Positions 41,470 through 54,417 of a stretch of DNA of 64,000 nucleotides are shown in pieces. Both the position numbers and the translations under genes were made by a program. The stretch comes from Podarcis pityusensis. Lineage: Eukaryota. The stretch lies in the NCBI GenBank assembly GCA_964106645.2, contig OZ067043.1; one strand, 5' to 3'. How positions within the stretch are numbered: the first letter of the stretch is position 1; each line of letters opens with the position of its first letter. Below the pieces are notes generated by a model. That model searched no databases and had not been told where the DNA came from. It saw only the letters and a program-made list of their open reading frames with translations.

Positions 41470-41544
41470 CTGGACTTGCTGCTGCCACATAAAGCTTGGT
41501 GTATGTACCTTTGCATGAGGTTCCGGGGAGTAGCAACAACATAT
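41470..41544 (-). CDS. Weak candidate in-frame cassette exon (ICCCYSPEPHAKVHTPSFMWQQQVQ)
   Basis: Strong donor CAG|gtaagc, weak acceptor ctctatag|. 75 nt, open, phase 0-0, matching the host intron phase. Confidence 0.25.
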
Positions 41545-42417
41545 CTATAGAGTGCATCCCCAAGTTTTTCTCTTTTCTATGTTTTTTTTTCCAGTCAAAC
41601 TGGGGCCATTACATAAAATGTCAAGCAGCTCTAAAAGTAACAAGTTGCTTCTCTTGCCTGCATTGTGTGTTCCCACTACAGTTCAGTGCATCTGTCAACT
41701 ATCATGGAACTCTAAGGAACAATGTTTTATTACTGGAACTTCAATTATTCTTTCCTATAAAATCAATGCATATGAGGTAATATTACCCAGTAGTGACCGG
41801 TTTAACGATTATGGGAAAGAGGTTGTATTTATTTGTAGCAGGGATTTGTGATAACAAAATAGTAAAAAAGTAATCAGCAAAACAGTGGGTGGAAGACACT
41901 GTGGAAGAACTATATGCAGTGCTTTTTGGGGGTAAAAAAAGTGAGGTGTCAGTACTTATATATTGATATAAGTGTCATAGGTGCCAGCACAAATTGGGTG
42001 CCACAGGCAGCAAAAAGTGAGTGGTGTCACAAAAAAGCCCTGACTACATGTATATTTTGGGCTACAGCTGAAAAGTTGTATAAAATATCATCTCTTTTTG
42101 TTCTGTGTTATGTTCTATACTTCTAAAAGCCACAAAAGCCACAAATTAGAAGTGCACAGTATTTTGATTTGACAGTCCAAATGACATCTTACAAAATAAC
42201 AGCAAAACAGAACTCTGGATAAGGTTATGTTGGTGTTAATTTTCAATTCTTTGTTTCTAAATTTACACAACAGCACAATGGAGAAGAAATCTGATTAAAT
42301 TTGTAGTGAAACTGACTAGCTAGAAAGCATGAAAAAAACCCCACTATGGGTTTAGGGTATGAATGGATTTCCTTCACACTGCACAAAACATGAGAATTTA
42401 GATAATAGTTAATTGTA

Positions 42418-42693
42418 CGGTAAAACCTAAAACATAGGCCGTATGGATTACGAATCCATACGGGTTACGAATGGGGCAGGTTGCTCATTTTCGGGTTGTG
42501 GACCACACCAAACCCAGAAGTACTGGAATGGGTATTTCCGGGTTTTAACACTCGCTCATGCGCAGAAGCACAAAATGACATCACACGCATACGCAGAAGC
42601 GCCGGGTCGCATCACACGCATGCGCAGACGCAGCTCTGTGGGTTGCGAACGTGCCTCCCGCACGGATCACGTTCTCAACCCGAGGTATGACTG
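42418..42693. mobile_element. Tigger-type MITE (CpG-rich)
   Basis: TA flanks. Right TIR CAACCCGAGGTATGACTG, left TIR degenerate. Confidence 0.8.
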
Positions 42694-42713
42694 TACTATG
42701 CTTCTCATTACAG

Positions 42714-42934
42714 TAGAGTAGCTATATGTCTGGAATTTCCCAGACATAACCGGGATTCGGTCGTCAGAAACAGTGTCTGGGTGGGAATTGGATAAATGTC
42801 CAGGAAAATCTGGATGTATGGCAACCCATGTCGGAAGTGTACATTTTGGTGAATTTCACTAAAAATAGCTCAAAAACTGAAAGCTCAACAACTTTTGTGT
42901 CCAGATTTTCACTTTTTGAAATATGGTGACCCTA
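42714..42934. mobile_element. hAT-Blackjack-like MITE
   Basis: Homologous to 13327-13570 in the same orientation. 8-bp TSD CATTACAG / CATTACAA. Confidence 0.85.
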
Positions 42935-45827
42935 CATTACAAAACAACAGCCAAGCTTCTTAGGATTTGTTTACTTAGCTACTAATGACCAAAATCAACT
43001 CTAGCTTACAGGTGTACTTGTGCTGTTGTACAAAGTGCACACAAAGAGACTCATAGAAACTAGTAAATGTAAACTGCATTTTCATTCTTGCTTTAGCTTA
43101 ATTATGAGCCATACAAAAAAATCTCAGTTTGAGAAGAGCCTTGCTTTTTTTCCTGAGGTTGAGTGCTAAGTAAATTAGTTTTTTAAAAAAGGCAAGAACA
43201 CAGCCAACATTTTTTCTTAATCTAATTAAGAAAATTTAAATAGAGGCGGTGACCATTTTGTGCACGTCCAATTGACGTGCAACTGCTGACATGTGCATTG
43301 GTCTCAGCCCCGGAGCAGGAGCGGAACGGGCTTACGCACAAATGCTGACATGCACAATGACCCTGAACTCAACCCCAGCACAAACGGGGAGTTTCTTGTA
43401 TTTTAATGTAATTAGTCTCTTTCTTCTATTTTCTGAGGAAGCTGTAACTTCATACGCTCAATTTAAAAAACCTCTTGACACAAATATAGTTTAGAAAAGG
43501 CAAAGCTAATAAATAGGCTTTATGGAGCCTAAGCTCTTGGCATATGGGCACATTGTAAAATATAATTTACAATGCAGTGCAGGCTAAGAAGCTGCTGAGC
43601 AGTTAACAGCCTCAACTAAACCTGAAGTGATATTTTCATTTTGAAAATAGAGCCTATTTCAAGACAGCCTAAAACAGGAGTGGGCAGAAGGTAGATCAGA
43701 ACCTACTGAAAGATCTCTATGTGATTTGAAGCAGATCAGCAAGAATTTCTGACTCCCAGTTTAACAATGACAACAAAATTACTCTGCCATCCTGCTGAAT
43801 CTGTTTGTGAAAGGGTTGTAATTTCAGTTCAGTTTTGGCGTAAAATAAAACTTCTAGTCTCAGAATTCTTTAATTCTAAGCATCTGCTTCTTGCATCTGT
43901 CTCTAGTTGGTGAGTGACAAGTTCTAGCAAAAAAACAACCTCAAAGTTCCTGCAAGCATGAAACCTGCCTACCCCAGTCTATAGAGAAGTAGCACTTCCT
44001 GAAGATAAAAAATTGGTAATCAGATTATTTCCTAGCATTCCATAGGTCTGGCAGACCTCTGCAAATATGGCTTGCAATACACTGTTATTTCTTCTTATTG
44101 CTTCCTGACATGCAATGAAACTAGTAACACCACAAAGGTTACTTTTTGTGTGATCATAGATACAATCCATGTTGGTCCATAGAAAAGTAAGCACAACAAC
44201 ATAAGACCAAACCAAAACAACTCTCATACTTTCAGGTTTATAGCGCTGTAGATACATAGAAACTTTATTTGCATTGGCCACTAGCCATAGCAATAACGCT
44301 GTAGATACCATCAAGAGCATGTACAGAATCTATGGCCTTCTGCACAAATAAAATTATGTTCATTTATACACATGCAGATGTTATACACATTTCAGGTAAA
44401 TCAGCTGCAAATAAGTTAATGCTGATATTCCTTAGAAAGGCAAAGCCAAGTAATATGTCCCAGAACATGTGAAAAGCTACCAATGAAGGACAGCTTTAGC
44501 ATTTGAGAAGGGTAAAAGGAAAATATGAAGTCATATTCTTCTCAGTAGCCAAGAGCAGTAAAAACCATAAGATTCAGTTTAAGAATTACATGACCACATT
44601 GGACCACAAGTCTTAAGGGAATCTAAAACCAATGCATAATTAAGGTAATATATTACTTGTCACTATCCTTCCTATAAACCAAAACCAGGGCTCCACAAGA
44701 TAGCAATTACTACACAGAGAGCAAAGCCAGGGCAGTTTATGATGCTTGGCTAATTTGGTCAGCAGCTTCATGCCACAGAATTATAGGTTTATAAGTTCAC
44801 TGTTATTTCATTCCACATATACATAATATAGTAGGCTTGCCTGTTAAGAACTTGGCAGCACCAATATCGAAGACTTGAAAATTTAATGCTATTCTTATTA
44901 ATCTGAATTCAAAGTAATAAAATAAAGTCGCATGCCTTACAAATTACCTAACCAAATGCCTGGCCTTCCCTTAACAAGGAATATTATCTGGACATGGACT
45001 AAAGACATAGCAATTTTAGCAGAAATATGTACCCTGGCTGCCTTTCCTTCCAAAAAAACAGACAGCTCACTTTCATCTTGAATGGATCGCAATGGAAAGG
45101 TTAGCAACACAGACTGAAAACTAGATCCTAAGCAGTCAGGTGAAGATCAGCTGGGAATCTGGAATAAGCTTGGGATCTGAAGCTCTGAAACAAAACATGG
45201 ATAACTAAAGAATCATCCATGTATTTTCAAGAAAGCAAAACCTGTTTTGAAGAGTCACCCCTCCACAGATAAATTAATGCTGCTTTAAAAAAAGAATGTG
45301 TAGTTTCATTTTTCACCATATACAGTAGCAGCAGCATTTACCAGAAACTTTTCCAATTTACCTGACAAATGTTTGCCGATGCATATAACTTTTTTATTAT
45401 TATATATAAGCACTGCAAATTCATACTAACAAAAAAACTATTGCTCTAGCAACATGTGATCTTTAGTTAGTGCAAGAACAAGAATTCTATATTCAATGCC
45501 CCAAAATCTGTCAGATCAGAATTAAAGCTATCTCATGTTGGCTCGAGCTCCACAAAGCTGAGAAACTGAAAATCAAAGCAGGTGCTCTAACAGGATGTCT
45601 GCAGTTTAAAGTATTTACAGTGGTGATATTCTATAGATTTGTGTACAGTACTTGCAATACAAACCATACACAGTATATGTAGTATATTACAAGGTTCAGT
45701 TGCAAAAAGCATTGCTTCAAATGACTTGTTGCAAGGCAAATGAGCACATATTCTAAAGACAGACTAGGAACAAATTAGGAATTATAGAAAGGTCCATGCA
45801 GAAGGCAAAAGGGAAAGTTGCAAAGTA

Positions 45828-46043
45828 CAGTTGTATCTTGGATCCCAAACACGCTGGTACTCAGATGTTTTGGCTCCTGAACGCCGCAAACCTGGAAGTG
45901 ATTGTTCCAGTTTGCAAATGCTTTTATGGAACCCAAATGTCCAACGCGGCTTCCGAATCAGAACCCAAGATTTGGTTTTCAAACGTTTTGGAAGTCGAAC
46001 GGACTTCCGGAACAGATTCCGTTTGACTTCCAAGGTATGACTG
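45828..46043. mobile_element. Tigger-type MITE
   Basis: TA|CAGTTGTATCTTGGA...TCCAAGGTATGACTG|TA. Shares an internal GGAAGT...GTTCC motif with the 1522 element. Confidence 0.85.
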
Positions 46044-46660
46044 TACACTAAAAAAAAGGGGGGGGGGAGAAAGTAGCGTGGGATAATTTGGTAAAGGTGT
46101 CTCAACATTAGACTAGAGCACTGTAGTTATGCTTCCAGGCATTGCTACATAGTAGTGATATATATCTGATCTAAAATCAGAAGTGACAAATATCTGAGAA
46201 TCCTTGGCACAAGTATTCTACACGCCCAGTCAAGCTGGCAATGTTTCCAGTCCTGGATGCAGCTGATCTACATAACAGGGAGAGTCCATGGGCTGGCTTT
46301 ACATAAGCTGCACAAAGATGCACAAATGAGTTCCAGTTCTGGCTGCTCTACAGCCTACTTTACGCATCACATTTTTCCTAGATGACCTCTGTGTGGGGAA
46401 CTGCATATGCAACATGTGTCTCTCAATATGTCATGATTACACATGTTTGGAAACCATACAGGTCCCCAGTGTGCAAACTGTAACAGCATAAAACATTTTC
46501 TGTTAAAATTACTAGTACACTTACAGGATGCCTCATAAAACTGATGCAAGCAGTTTAAACTTGTTTCACAAATTATGTTTGGAAACTGATTGCAGTACAT
46601 TGTTAACAAGGTCCTATCAACTAATGGTAAATAGAAATACTAACTAGGTGGGATTATTAA

Positions 46661-47250
46661 GGTGGGGGTCTTGTAGAAAGGTTAAAGCTTACTGGGAAAT
46701 TGTATGTAAAGAACTGAAAAAAGATGTTTAAACTAACATTTGTAAAAAACCCAAAAAACCCAGAAGCTTTACTTTTGGGAATTATAGGGATAGAACTACC
46801 CAAACTGTATAGAAATTTATTAATGTATGTGATTACAGAGGCAAGAACGTGCCCAAAAATTGAAAGAAGAAGTCATCCCAGCAAAAGAAGAATGGATACA
46901 AAAACTTATGGAATATGCAGAAATGGCGAAACTTACCAGAAAAATAAGAAATCAAGATAACACAAACATTTAACAAAAGAATGTAAATGGTTTATGGAAT
47001 ATTTACAAACAAACTGTAAACAGATAAGAACATTGGCAGGATTATTGTAATAACCTGCAGCTTTGTAAGAGTATATATTTAAAGTAGACGAGTAAATGAG
47101 CAAATTAAGTTAATTTGGATTTGCAGAAAATATTTTAAAAAAATTAAAGAACAACAGAAAGGGGGGAAGGAAGTCAAGTTTTGAAATGGTAAAATGATTC
47201 TAAAATTATTGAAATGTATAAAACTGAAAATCATAAATAATAATATAAAA
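46661..47250 (+). mobile_element. 5'-truncated L1-type LINE (ORF2 C-terminus and 3' UTR)
   Basis: Translates to PEALLLGIIG...LLMY and, after a frameshift, KEEWIQKLMEYAEMAKLT. A-rich tail. 11-bp TSD GGGATTATTAA at 46650-46660 and 47251-47261. Confidence 0.85.
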
Positions 47251-47314
47251 GGGATTATTAAATTAGGGGAACAAGAGATGTGTATTGTAAGCAGAACCAG
47301 ACAAATTTTAAAGA

Positions 47315-47490
47315 TTGTTTATTACATTTATATCCCACTTTTTCTCCAAAGAGCTCAAGGTGGCAGACATGGATCTCCTGCTCCTCATTTTATCCTCACA
47401 ACAAGTTTGTGAGAAAGGTTAAGCTGAGAGACAGTGACTGGCCCAAGGCTAACCACTGAGCTTCATGGCTGAGTGAGGATTTGAACCCAA
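47315..47490 (-). mobile_element. Core-SINE (MIR-like, L2-type tail)
   Basis: cattttatcctcacaac...gctgagagacagtgactggcccaagg...ggatttgaaccc. Partial copy at ~55385-55440. Confidence 0.8.
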
Positions 47491-47899
47491 CTAAGTCATA
47501 AACAGAGCTGATCACTAAAATCAATTACTTAAGTGATTTCAGTGAGTCTACCCTGAGTGCAACTTAGTTAGATACCACCCTTTGTATTTTCTAATTTATT
47601 AGATATCCTGTTGTTTGTAAAAGATATTGCTTCAGGCCACTCTGTTTAGATGTCCCTAAAATCATTGTATATAAGCACAACTGGATTTCAGAATTAGCTG
47701 AAATCCCTTGCATATAATTTTTGTTATGATGTCTCTGAATTAAATTTAGTTGTTGTGTTAGTCACTTTCAACAACATACCAAAACAGTATAAACACTAAA
47801 ACTGATTATAACAAACACAACCAATAAAAAGCTAAAAGCACACCTATATAGCCTGAAAGAAAAACACGTCAATGTAGACAAGATAGGTCTTACAGATTC

Positions 47900-48790
47900 T
47901 GCCCACTAAACAAAGCCACAAATTCAAATTGAGGGCCCTGGAAAAACAGGAGTTTTTGCCTGGCACCTAAAAATAGATAGAGATGGCACCGGGCATGCCT
48001 CTTAATGGGAAGTATCCCACAAGCAAGGAGCCACCAGTGAAAAGGCCCATTCTCGTGCTGCCACTCTCCAAACTTGCTATGGAGGGGTCACATGGAGAAG
48101 GATTCAGATTATGAATGCTGGGTCCAAGTTGGTTCATGAGGGGAGAGGTGGTCTTTGAGGTATCGGGATCCTGAACTGCAGAATACTTCATAGGTTAAAA
48201 GGAGAACTTGAATTGGAGACTTGAAACTAACTGGCAGCCAGTTTTGTTGTTCCAGAATTGGTGTTACATGTACAGACCACTCTGCCCCAGTCAAGAATCT
48301 GGCAGCTGAATTTGTAATAGCTGCCGTTTCTGAACCATCTTCAAAGGCAGGCCCCTGCAGAGCTTGTATGAGGTCTGGGGTGGGAGTCTTGTTAGAATAA
48401 AGTTATAAACTCAAACAAAGAAGCAGCCTGTTCTTGGTGCAGGGCACCCAACCAGCTTAGCCTTCCAAGACCCGGGAGAAGTGTACTCAGCTGCCCCACT
48501 CTCTGCACAGGCCTGTTCAAAGGAAGGCCCCCCCCAACGCATTGCAGTAATTTAACCTAGTGGTAGCCACAGCATAGTTAACAGTTAAAGTTGGTGGAAG
48601 ACACTCGGTGCCACCAAGGCCACTTGAGCCTCCGACAACAGGAACTGATTCAGAAGTACCTCCAAGCTGCATATCTACTCTGATCCCATCCATCTGGTCA
48701 TGGGAACCACCCACTAAGTGTCTTAGTCTTGTTTGGATTGATCTTCAGATTATTGGCTCTCATCCAGCCCATTACCAGGTGAGACATGGT
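47900..48790 (-). mobile_element. Fragmented L2 LINE
   Basis: Translations HVTPILEQQNWLPV...VLLLTY and TTRLNYCNAL. Interrupted and rearranged around 48350-48515. Confidence 0.75.
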
Positions 48791-48935
48791 GAGCACACTC
48801 ATTCATAAATAAGTAAAAATAAGTATTAAGTACTGTTTTGCTCATTTGCTTGAATGGAACAGACGGTTCTTTAAAATAATCAAATCCATATAAAGTGGAG
48901 TCTAAAGCTGTTCTACACCTGAAAAAATGCATATA

Positions 48936-49214
48936 CAGTGGTGTCCCGCAAGACGAATGCCTCGCAAGACGAAAAACTCGCTAGACGAAAGGGTTTTACG
49001 TTTTTTGAGTCGTTCCGCAAGACGACTTTTCCTATGGGCTTGCTTCGCAAGACGTTTCGTCTTGCGAGTTCTTGCGAGTTTGTTTCCTTTTTCTTAAAGC
49101 CGCTAAGCCGTTAATAGCCGCTAAGCCGCTAATAGCCGTGCTTCGCAAGACGAAAAAACCGCAAGACGAAGAGACTCGTGGAACGGATTAATTTTGTCTT
49201 GCGAGGCACCACTG
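48936..49214. mobile_element. Young Tigger-type MITE with repeated CGCAAGACGA motifs
   Basis: TA|CAGTGGTGTCCCGCAAGAC...GTCTTGCGAGGCACCACTG|TA. CpGs largely intact. Confidence 0.92.
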
Positions 49215-49823
49215 TATACAAGTTAAACATGATTCTGAAACTGGCATGCCAGCATTTCACATCCTGGCAGAGGCGTCACACATCCTACTCCAACCTTCAA
49301 GTACAAAAGCAATTTATTCACATTATGTAAAATTTAGTGTGCTTTGACTGCTGCACACTGAATTCACGTCAGCTGAATATTTATGAGCAGATTACAGAAA
49401 CAAATTTACCACTTTAGCCTTCAGCTAAGTTTAAAGGCATTCAAATATTTATACTAACTACAGCCCACTTCAGACATAAGTTCAATCCTTAATTTATTCC
49501 ACAGTGAAGTGAAGCAATAAGCAAAGTTCTGCTATATTATGTTTTGCTTCTTCCTTTGATATTTCTACTCCCTGCTTTTAAGCCATTGTCAGGGTGCAGA
49601 CTTCAGCCTTTGCCATCCAACAAGCCTACAAACTGGGGCAGGATCTGAGGTATATAGTGTGCCCCATTGGCTCAGAAAAACCTCTTACTGACAAGCCAGT
49701 AGTATCTGTCTTACTTAAGGGCTCAAGGTAGGGCAGAACTCTGCCTTATGCAGCTTCAGGTTGGGAACGAAAGTGAGCACCTATAAACAAGTCATTCCTT
49801 CCCATTTTAACCTGACTTATACA

Positions 49824-49956
49824 CAGTGCTAGTTTTCTAGAAAAAGATGCCGGAACTCACCATGAACACCATCCTTGTTCTCTTATAATAGTAATGGTGC
49901 CTACCTGAGGTGCCAGAACTGAGTTCCAGCAAGTTCTGGCTGGAAATAAAACCCTG
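49824..49956. mobile_element. hAT MITE
   Basis: Termini CAGTGCTAGTTTTCTA / TGGAAATAAAACCCTG. 8-bp TSD CTTATACA / CTTGTACA. Confidence 0.7.
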
Positions 49957-51051
49957 CTTGTACATGCCTTATACTCTAGTACTTAACTCTGTTAACTTTG
50001 GTCATTCTCAGTTGTATCCCATGACTCTATACTGTACTTACAGATTCAATCACTTTCATGTACCTTAGGCCAAAATCAGTTTCTCTCTTATGTTTGTTTT
50101 CCTGAGCTTCACCCAAGACTCAGTAATTTAAGAGAAGCTGATCAGCAGCTTAATTACTGAACTGTGATTTGCGTCTAAAAGTCTCTCATCCAAACTTTAT
50201 TTTAACCACAGCAGCTTCAACATTTAGCTGGATATATTACACACAATTTCATCTCTAAAAGAGGTTTATATACATGCCACTAAGTAGCAATGCAGGCCAG
50301 ATTCTGAAAAGACAGAATTCACAAATATTATTCACAAACATACTACAGCCAGATTTATATTACAGTACAGTATATCACATTAGGATCCTTTGAGAAGCAT
50401 CTGATTTGAATCCAATAACTGTATTTGGAAAGAATGAATGATAGGATCAATATATTAACACAGGATTTTCATGAAAGTATCAAGGTATTTTAAGAGAACA
50501 TAAATTTCTAATGATGCCTAGTGTAGACATAACTTCAACTTAGCTAACTATTTAAGAAATTATGAGTAAATTTCAATCTCCCAACACTTGAGTTATTTCC
50601 CTCTCCTTGTCAGTGTTAATCATGAGATAGCTTTGCATCTGTTAAGAGTTACATTAAACATGGTTGCAAACCAGTGCTAAACTCCTGGTTAAAACGCTAA
50701 CCTAACAACTTTAATGTGCCCTGGGTTAGATTCAGATTAAGTTAACCATACTTATTTCCATATAAAATCAACGAAAGCAAAAAGAAGGTGCCTTAGTCCA
50801 CAAGAAACAGCTTTATTAGGAGGAAGCAGCATGTCACAAAATAATGAGCAAGCTTTCCTTTATCTATTTGGATGCTGTGCAGAGGCAGGGGGTTAGTGAA
50901 GAGAGGAAGAGCAAAAGTTTGGCTGGTCTGGATATAACTCAGCCTAAAGATGGAGACTGCAGACCATACTGGATTAGTCTCTAGTCAGCGCAGGTTTCAG
51001 GTTATACCTAAATCTGTTCTGGGGGTTCCTTGAACTATCTGGAGCAGATAG

Positions 51052-51220
51052 ATTCAGGTAGGTAGCCGTGTTGGTTTGACACAGTTGAAATAAATAAAAA
51101 ATTGTCCAGTAGCACCTTAGAGCTTAGAGCTTATACCCTTAGAGCTTACTTAGAGCAAGCTTATACCCAGAACAAACTTAGTTGGTCTCTAAGGTGTAAC
51201 TGGACAATTTTTTATTTATT
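51052..51220. mobile_element. Penelope-like (PLE) terminal fragment with inverted arms
   Basis: GTAGCCGTGTTGGT...GTCCAGTAGCACCTTAGAG and the inverted CTTAGTTGGTCTCTAAGGTG..ACTGGAC resemble reptile PLE ends. 12-bp TSD TGGAGCAGATAG. Confidence 0.8.
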
Positions 51221-53875
51221 TGGAGCAGATAGGGGAGAGGAAATTCTGTGCTGAAGGCAGAAATCCTTGCGCTAACAGGATGACTTTGTTGGATACCAGC
51301 CTTCATCTAGACTCAGCTAGATAATGGTTAATGCTGACAAGGAAAGAGGGATTTCACATGAGAGAAGAGGAAGGAGTATGATCTCCTATGAAAGGAAAAG
51401 TCTATTTTCTAACCAGCTCAGTAAACTGCATATGAGCTAAAGCAGTTCTTTTAACAGCAATTAGCATTCTGCTAAATAGCTACCAAATACCTGAGTCAAG
51501 AGCTGGACTTGCTTTATTTTTTCAAAATGCAGCCTAGACTACCATCAGAACACAGATGGAACAGCAAATAACCATTAGTACAGAACAGCAGGATGAGTAA
51601 CTGTTCCAGCAGTTCTCTATAGTCCTAGTATCACTGACCCCAATCAAAGTCTTTAAAGATGATGTAACCAATAATTCTGAAAGAAACAGACTGAACATTA
51701 AAACATCATTGGAAAGGTATTGTGAAAGCTCTTCAATGCCCTGTTTGGGAAACAGAACATCTTGAACTATTTAAGGCCACTATATACAAGTTTAGACAGC
51801 AGTTGCACTCATTTATAATTTTCCAACACAAAATATTTAGATAGGAGATAGTAACTAAGATCAAAACTGTAAGTCTTAATGGCAGTATTCGTTTTTGCAA
51901 TGCATGAGACAGTTTCCAGACCAGGAACTGTTATTATATGCAATGTAATATATTTACTCCTAACATAAATTGAATCATATGTAGCACTTACAGCAAACAG
52001 TACAAAATTATCAGTCATGGCATTAATCCACAGCAATGCAAACAGAACACACCACTGTGCATAACCACACACCTTGATAAAACAAATATTTGTTTCTGAT
52101 GCTTAGTACAGATATTTTTATTGTTTCAATATTAAAGGAATCCAATTCCTTATGGAAAGACAATTCTGCTGTTTTGTAAAACATAGATTTTTCTGCAGGC
52201 GACTGATTATATTAATTTTGCCTGATACTTCCTTCAGCTGTCAGATATAGAGGTGATTATTTGACAGGTGAAAATTTAGGCATGTGTATTGCAGATACCT
52301 GAAAACATTAGAGCACAAAAGAGCAGTGTACTGAATCCACAAAACCAATGAACTCAGAGCTAGCACAAAATCTGCAAGCATAATCTTCTAGACCTCAACC
52401 ATAGATTAAATGTGTTCCACTCCCAATTGTTCTTCCTACAACTTCCTATACTTTTGTCATGTGATGGACTAGCCTTTTGCAGGCAAAGCAAGAAGAAAAG
52501 TGCTGTGGCATATATTACTCTGTACGTATCTGGACTTGTTTGCATAACACTGCTTGGGCTAATGAAAGTCCTAAGTGAAGATAGATACACACAGAGAGTC
52601 ATGAACTCTTAATACCACCTCTCCTCTCCTGCCCACCTCCTTTTTATCAGTAGCCCACCCCCTCCTCAGGTTTATTATATGTAGTTTTGGTAAAAGAAAA
52701 AGTTGTACTTTTTAAAAAATAGACAGTATTACCGGTACTTCAAAAATAAGACACAGAATGCATATAGTGTTAGATTCGGAGAACAATGCTTCCAAAATAA
52801 TCCCATGTTCACAGTCTTTTTGGAAACTATATCCCACTGTCACCCTGACTAGGTGGGCACAGGACAGGTCCTCCTGTTATTTTAAGTAAATTGTCATCTT
52901 CCCAAATGTGCAGAATCATTTAATATAAAGGTTAATCTATTACTTATGATTACAAAGACATGCCACTGAACTATATAAATAGTGGTTCTTTTACATAAAT
53001 AGTGACTCCATTATTTCACAATAGATGTAATTTGCCAGACAAGCAAATTCCCTTTACATTCGTTTTAGACTGGACATGTAGTTCCTCAAAACTGACCCTC
53101 AGTTGGAGTTTGAGCCCCTTTTAATTATTTAGAAGCAGTTTATACTTGCATCTTTCATGTGACTCTACTTTTAGAGTCCGTAGAATCAGCATTACTGAAG
53201 AATGCTTCAGTAATGCTGTGGTGAAGCTTCAAGAGGGACACTTAATCTTAGCTGAGTTATTCACTAAGGCAACTTTCTATCAGCAAGTTTAACCAGTTAG
53301 TGGTCTTGCGCATGTAACAGTAAGCTGGCTTTCTATTAATCTTCTGAACTAGTTCCTTTATGCTACCTGTGCAAAAGTATTTAGGAACTCCTCATCTTTA
53401 CTGATGACTTCTCATTTATACAAAGCAGACAGTGGTGACCTAGATATGTGACCCACTATTTTCTACAAGCTATTCTAGAGAGACTAAGCTGTGGAAGCTT
53501 TTCCAATGTGACAACTGATTCTCCAGCACTTTCAGCTTCCTCCCCACCCCCACCCTCACCCCCCACCCCAGCAGTACAGAATTCATTCTACAAAGTCGCA
53601 GACAAGCCAAGGGAATTCACACCCTGAACCTGAATTTCTAACAATATTTTTAAAAATCTTTTACGCCCCCCCCCATTCTGCACCAACTATGTTCAGAGCT
53701 CCAGATTCAATTTATGAGGATAAATTGTAATTATCTACAAAAAGGGGAAGTAAAACAGAGATATGACAAATAGCACCGTCTCCAATCTTTTTACCCTCCA
53801 AAATGCTGTATTAAAATCAAGTCTTGCAACAATATTCCACCGAAAACAGATTTATAAGGTCAAGGTCAGCCTTAC

Positions 53876-54417
53876 CTCATCCCACTCTGAAGCAAATGAA
53901 GGTGATTTCTCCAGCCTTTTCTTTCCAGCACTACAATTGGAAAGTGATTCACTTCTGCTCCCCATAGTATCGTCCTCTGTTGGGGAGGTGGTCAAGAGGT
54001 CAGAGTCCGATTTTGACAAGCTACGGCTAAGTTTGAGTTCTGCTCTGGGCTTGCCTCCTGGGTAAATTCTGCCCACAACACTGCTCTTGTCTCCTTCCTC
54101 AGCACCACCAGGGTGCTGTGGCAAGTGAGGATGTGCTAAAGTTTCAGGGTCCAACTTGTTGTCACTGGTATGGCGGACAGTTGAATAGACCACTTTATTT
54201 TGGTCTGCAGTGCTAGTCTGTACCGATATGGATTCCTCAACATCTTCAAGCTGCATAGCAGTCCCCTCGGTACTTCCTTTGCCCACAGCAGAAATAAGTC
54301 TGAAAGGGTCCTCATTTATTTCACACACCGGAGAAGAACCATGCAGCAGACCTGAGAACTGATCCAGCACTTGGACATCTTGGGCATCTGCTTGGCTGTT
54401 GCTGCTCCTCCTTTGGT
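53876..54417 (-). CDS. ANKS1A: ANKS1A large linker exon (DQRRSS...[14 protein letters not shown]...[13 protein letters not shown]...[11 protein letters not shown])
   Basis: Lies within ORF 53852..54457. Acceptor ttccatcttaccgaag|AC and donor GAG|gtaagg. 542 nt, phase 1-0. Several ANKS1A-diagnostic motifs. Confidence 0.96.

Noticed and set aside
13327-42934. Same-family MITEs flanking exons as circRNA drivers
   Set aside because: The two Blackjack-like copies are in direct, not inverted, orientation.
48936-49214. Regularly spaced CGCAAGACGA repeats resembling a CRISPR-like array
   Set aside because: Subterminal repeats in both orientations inside a TA-flanked MITE in a vertebrate intron. No spacer structure.
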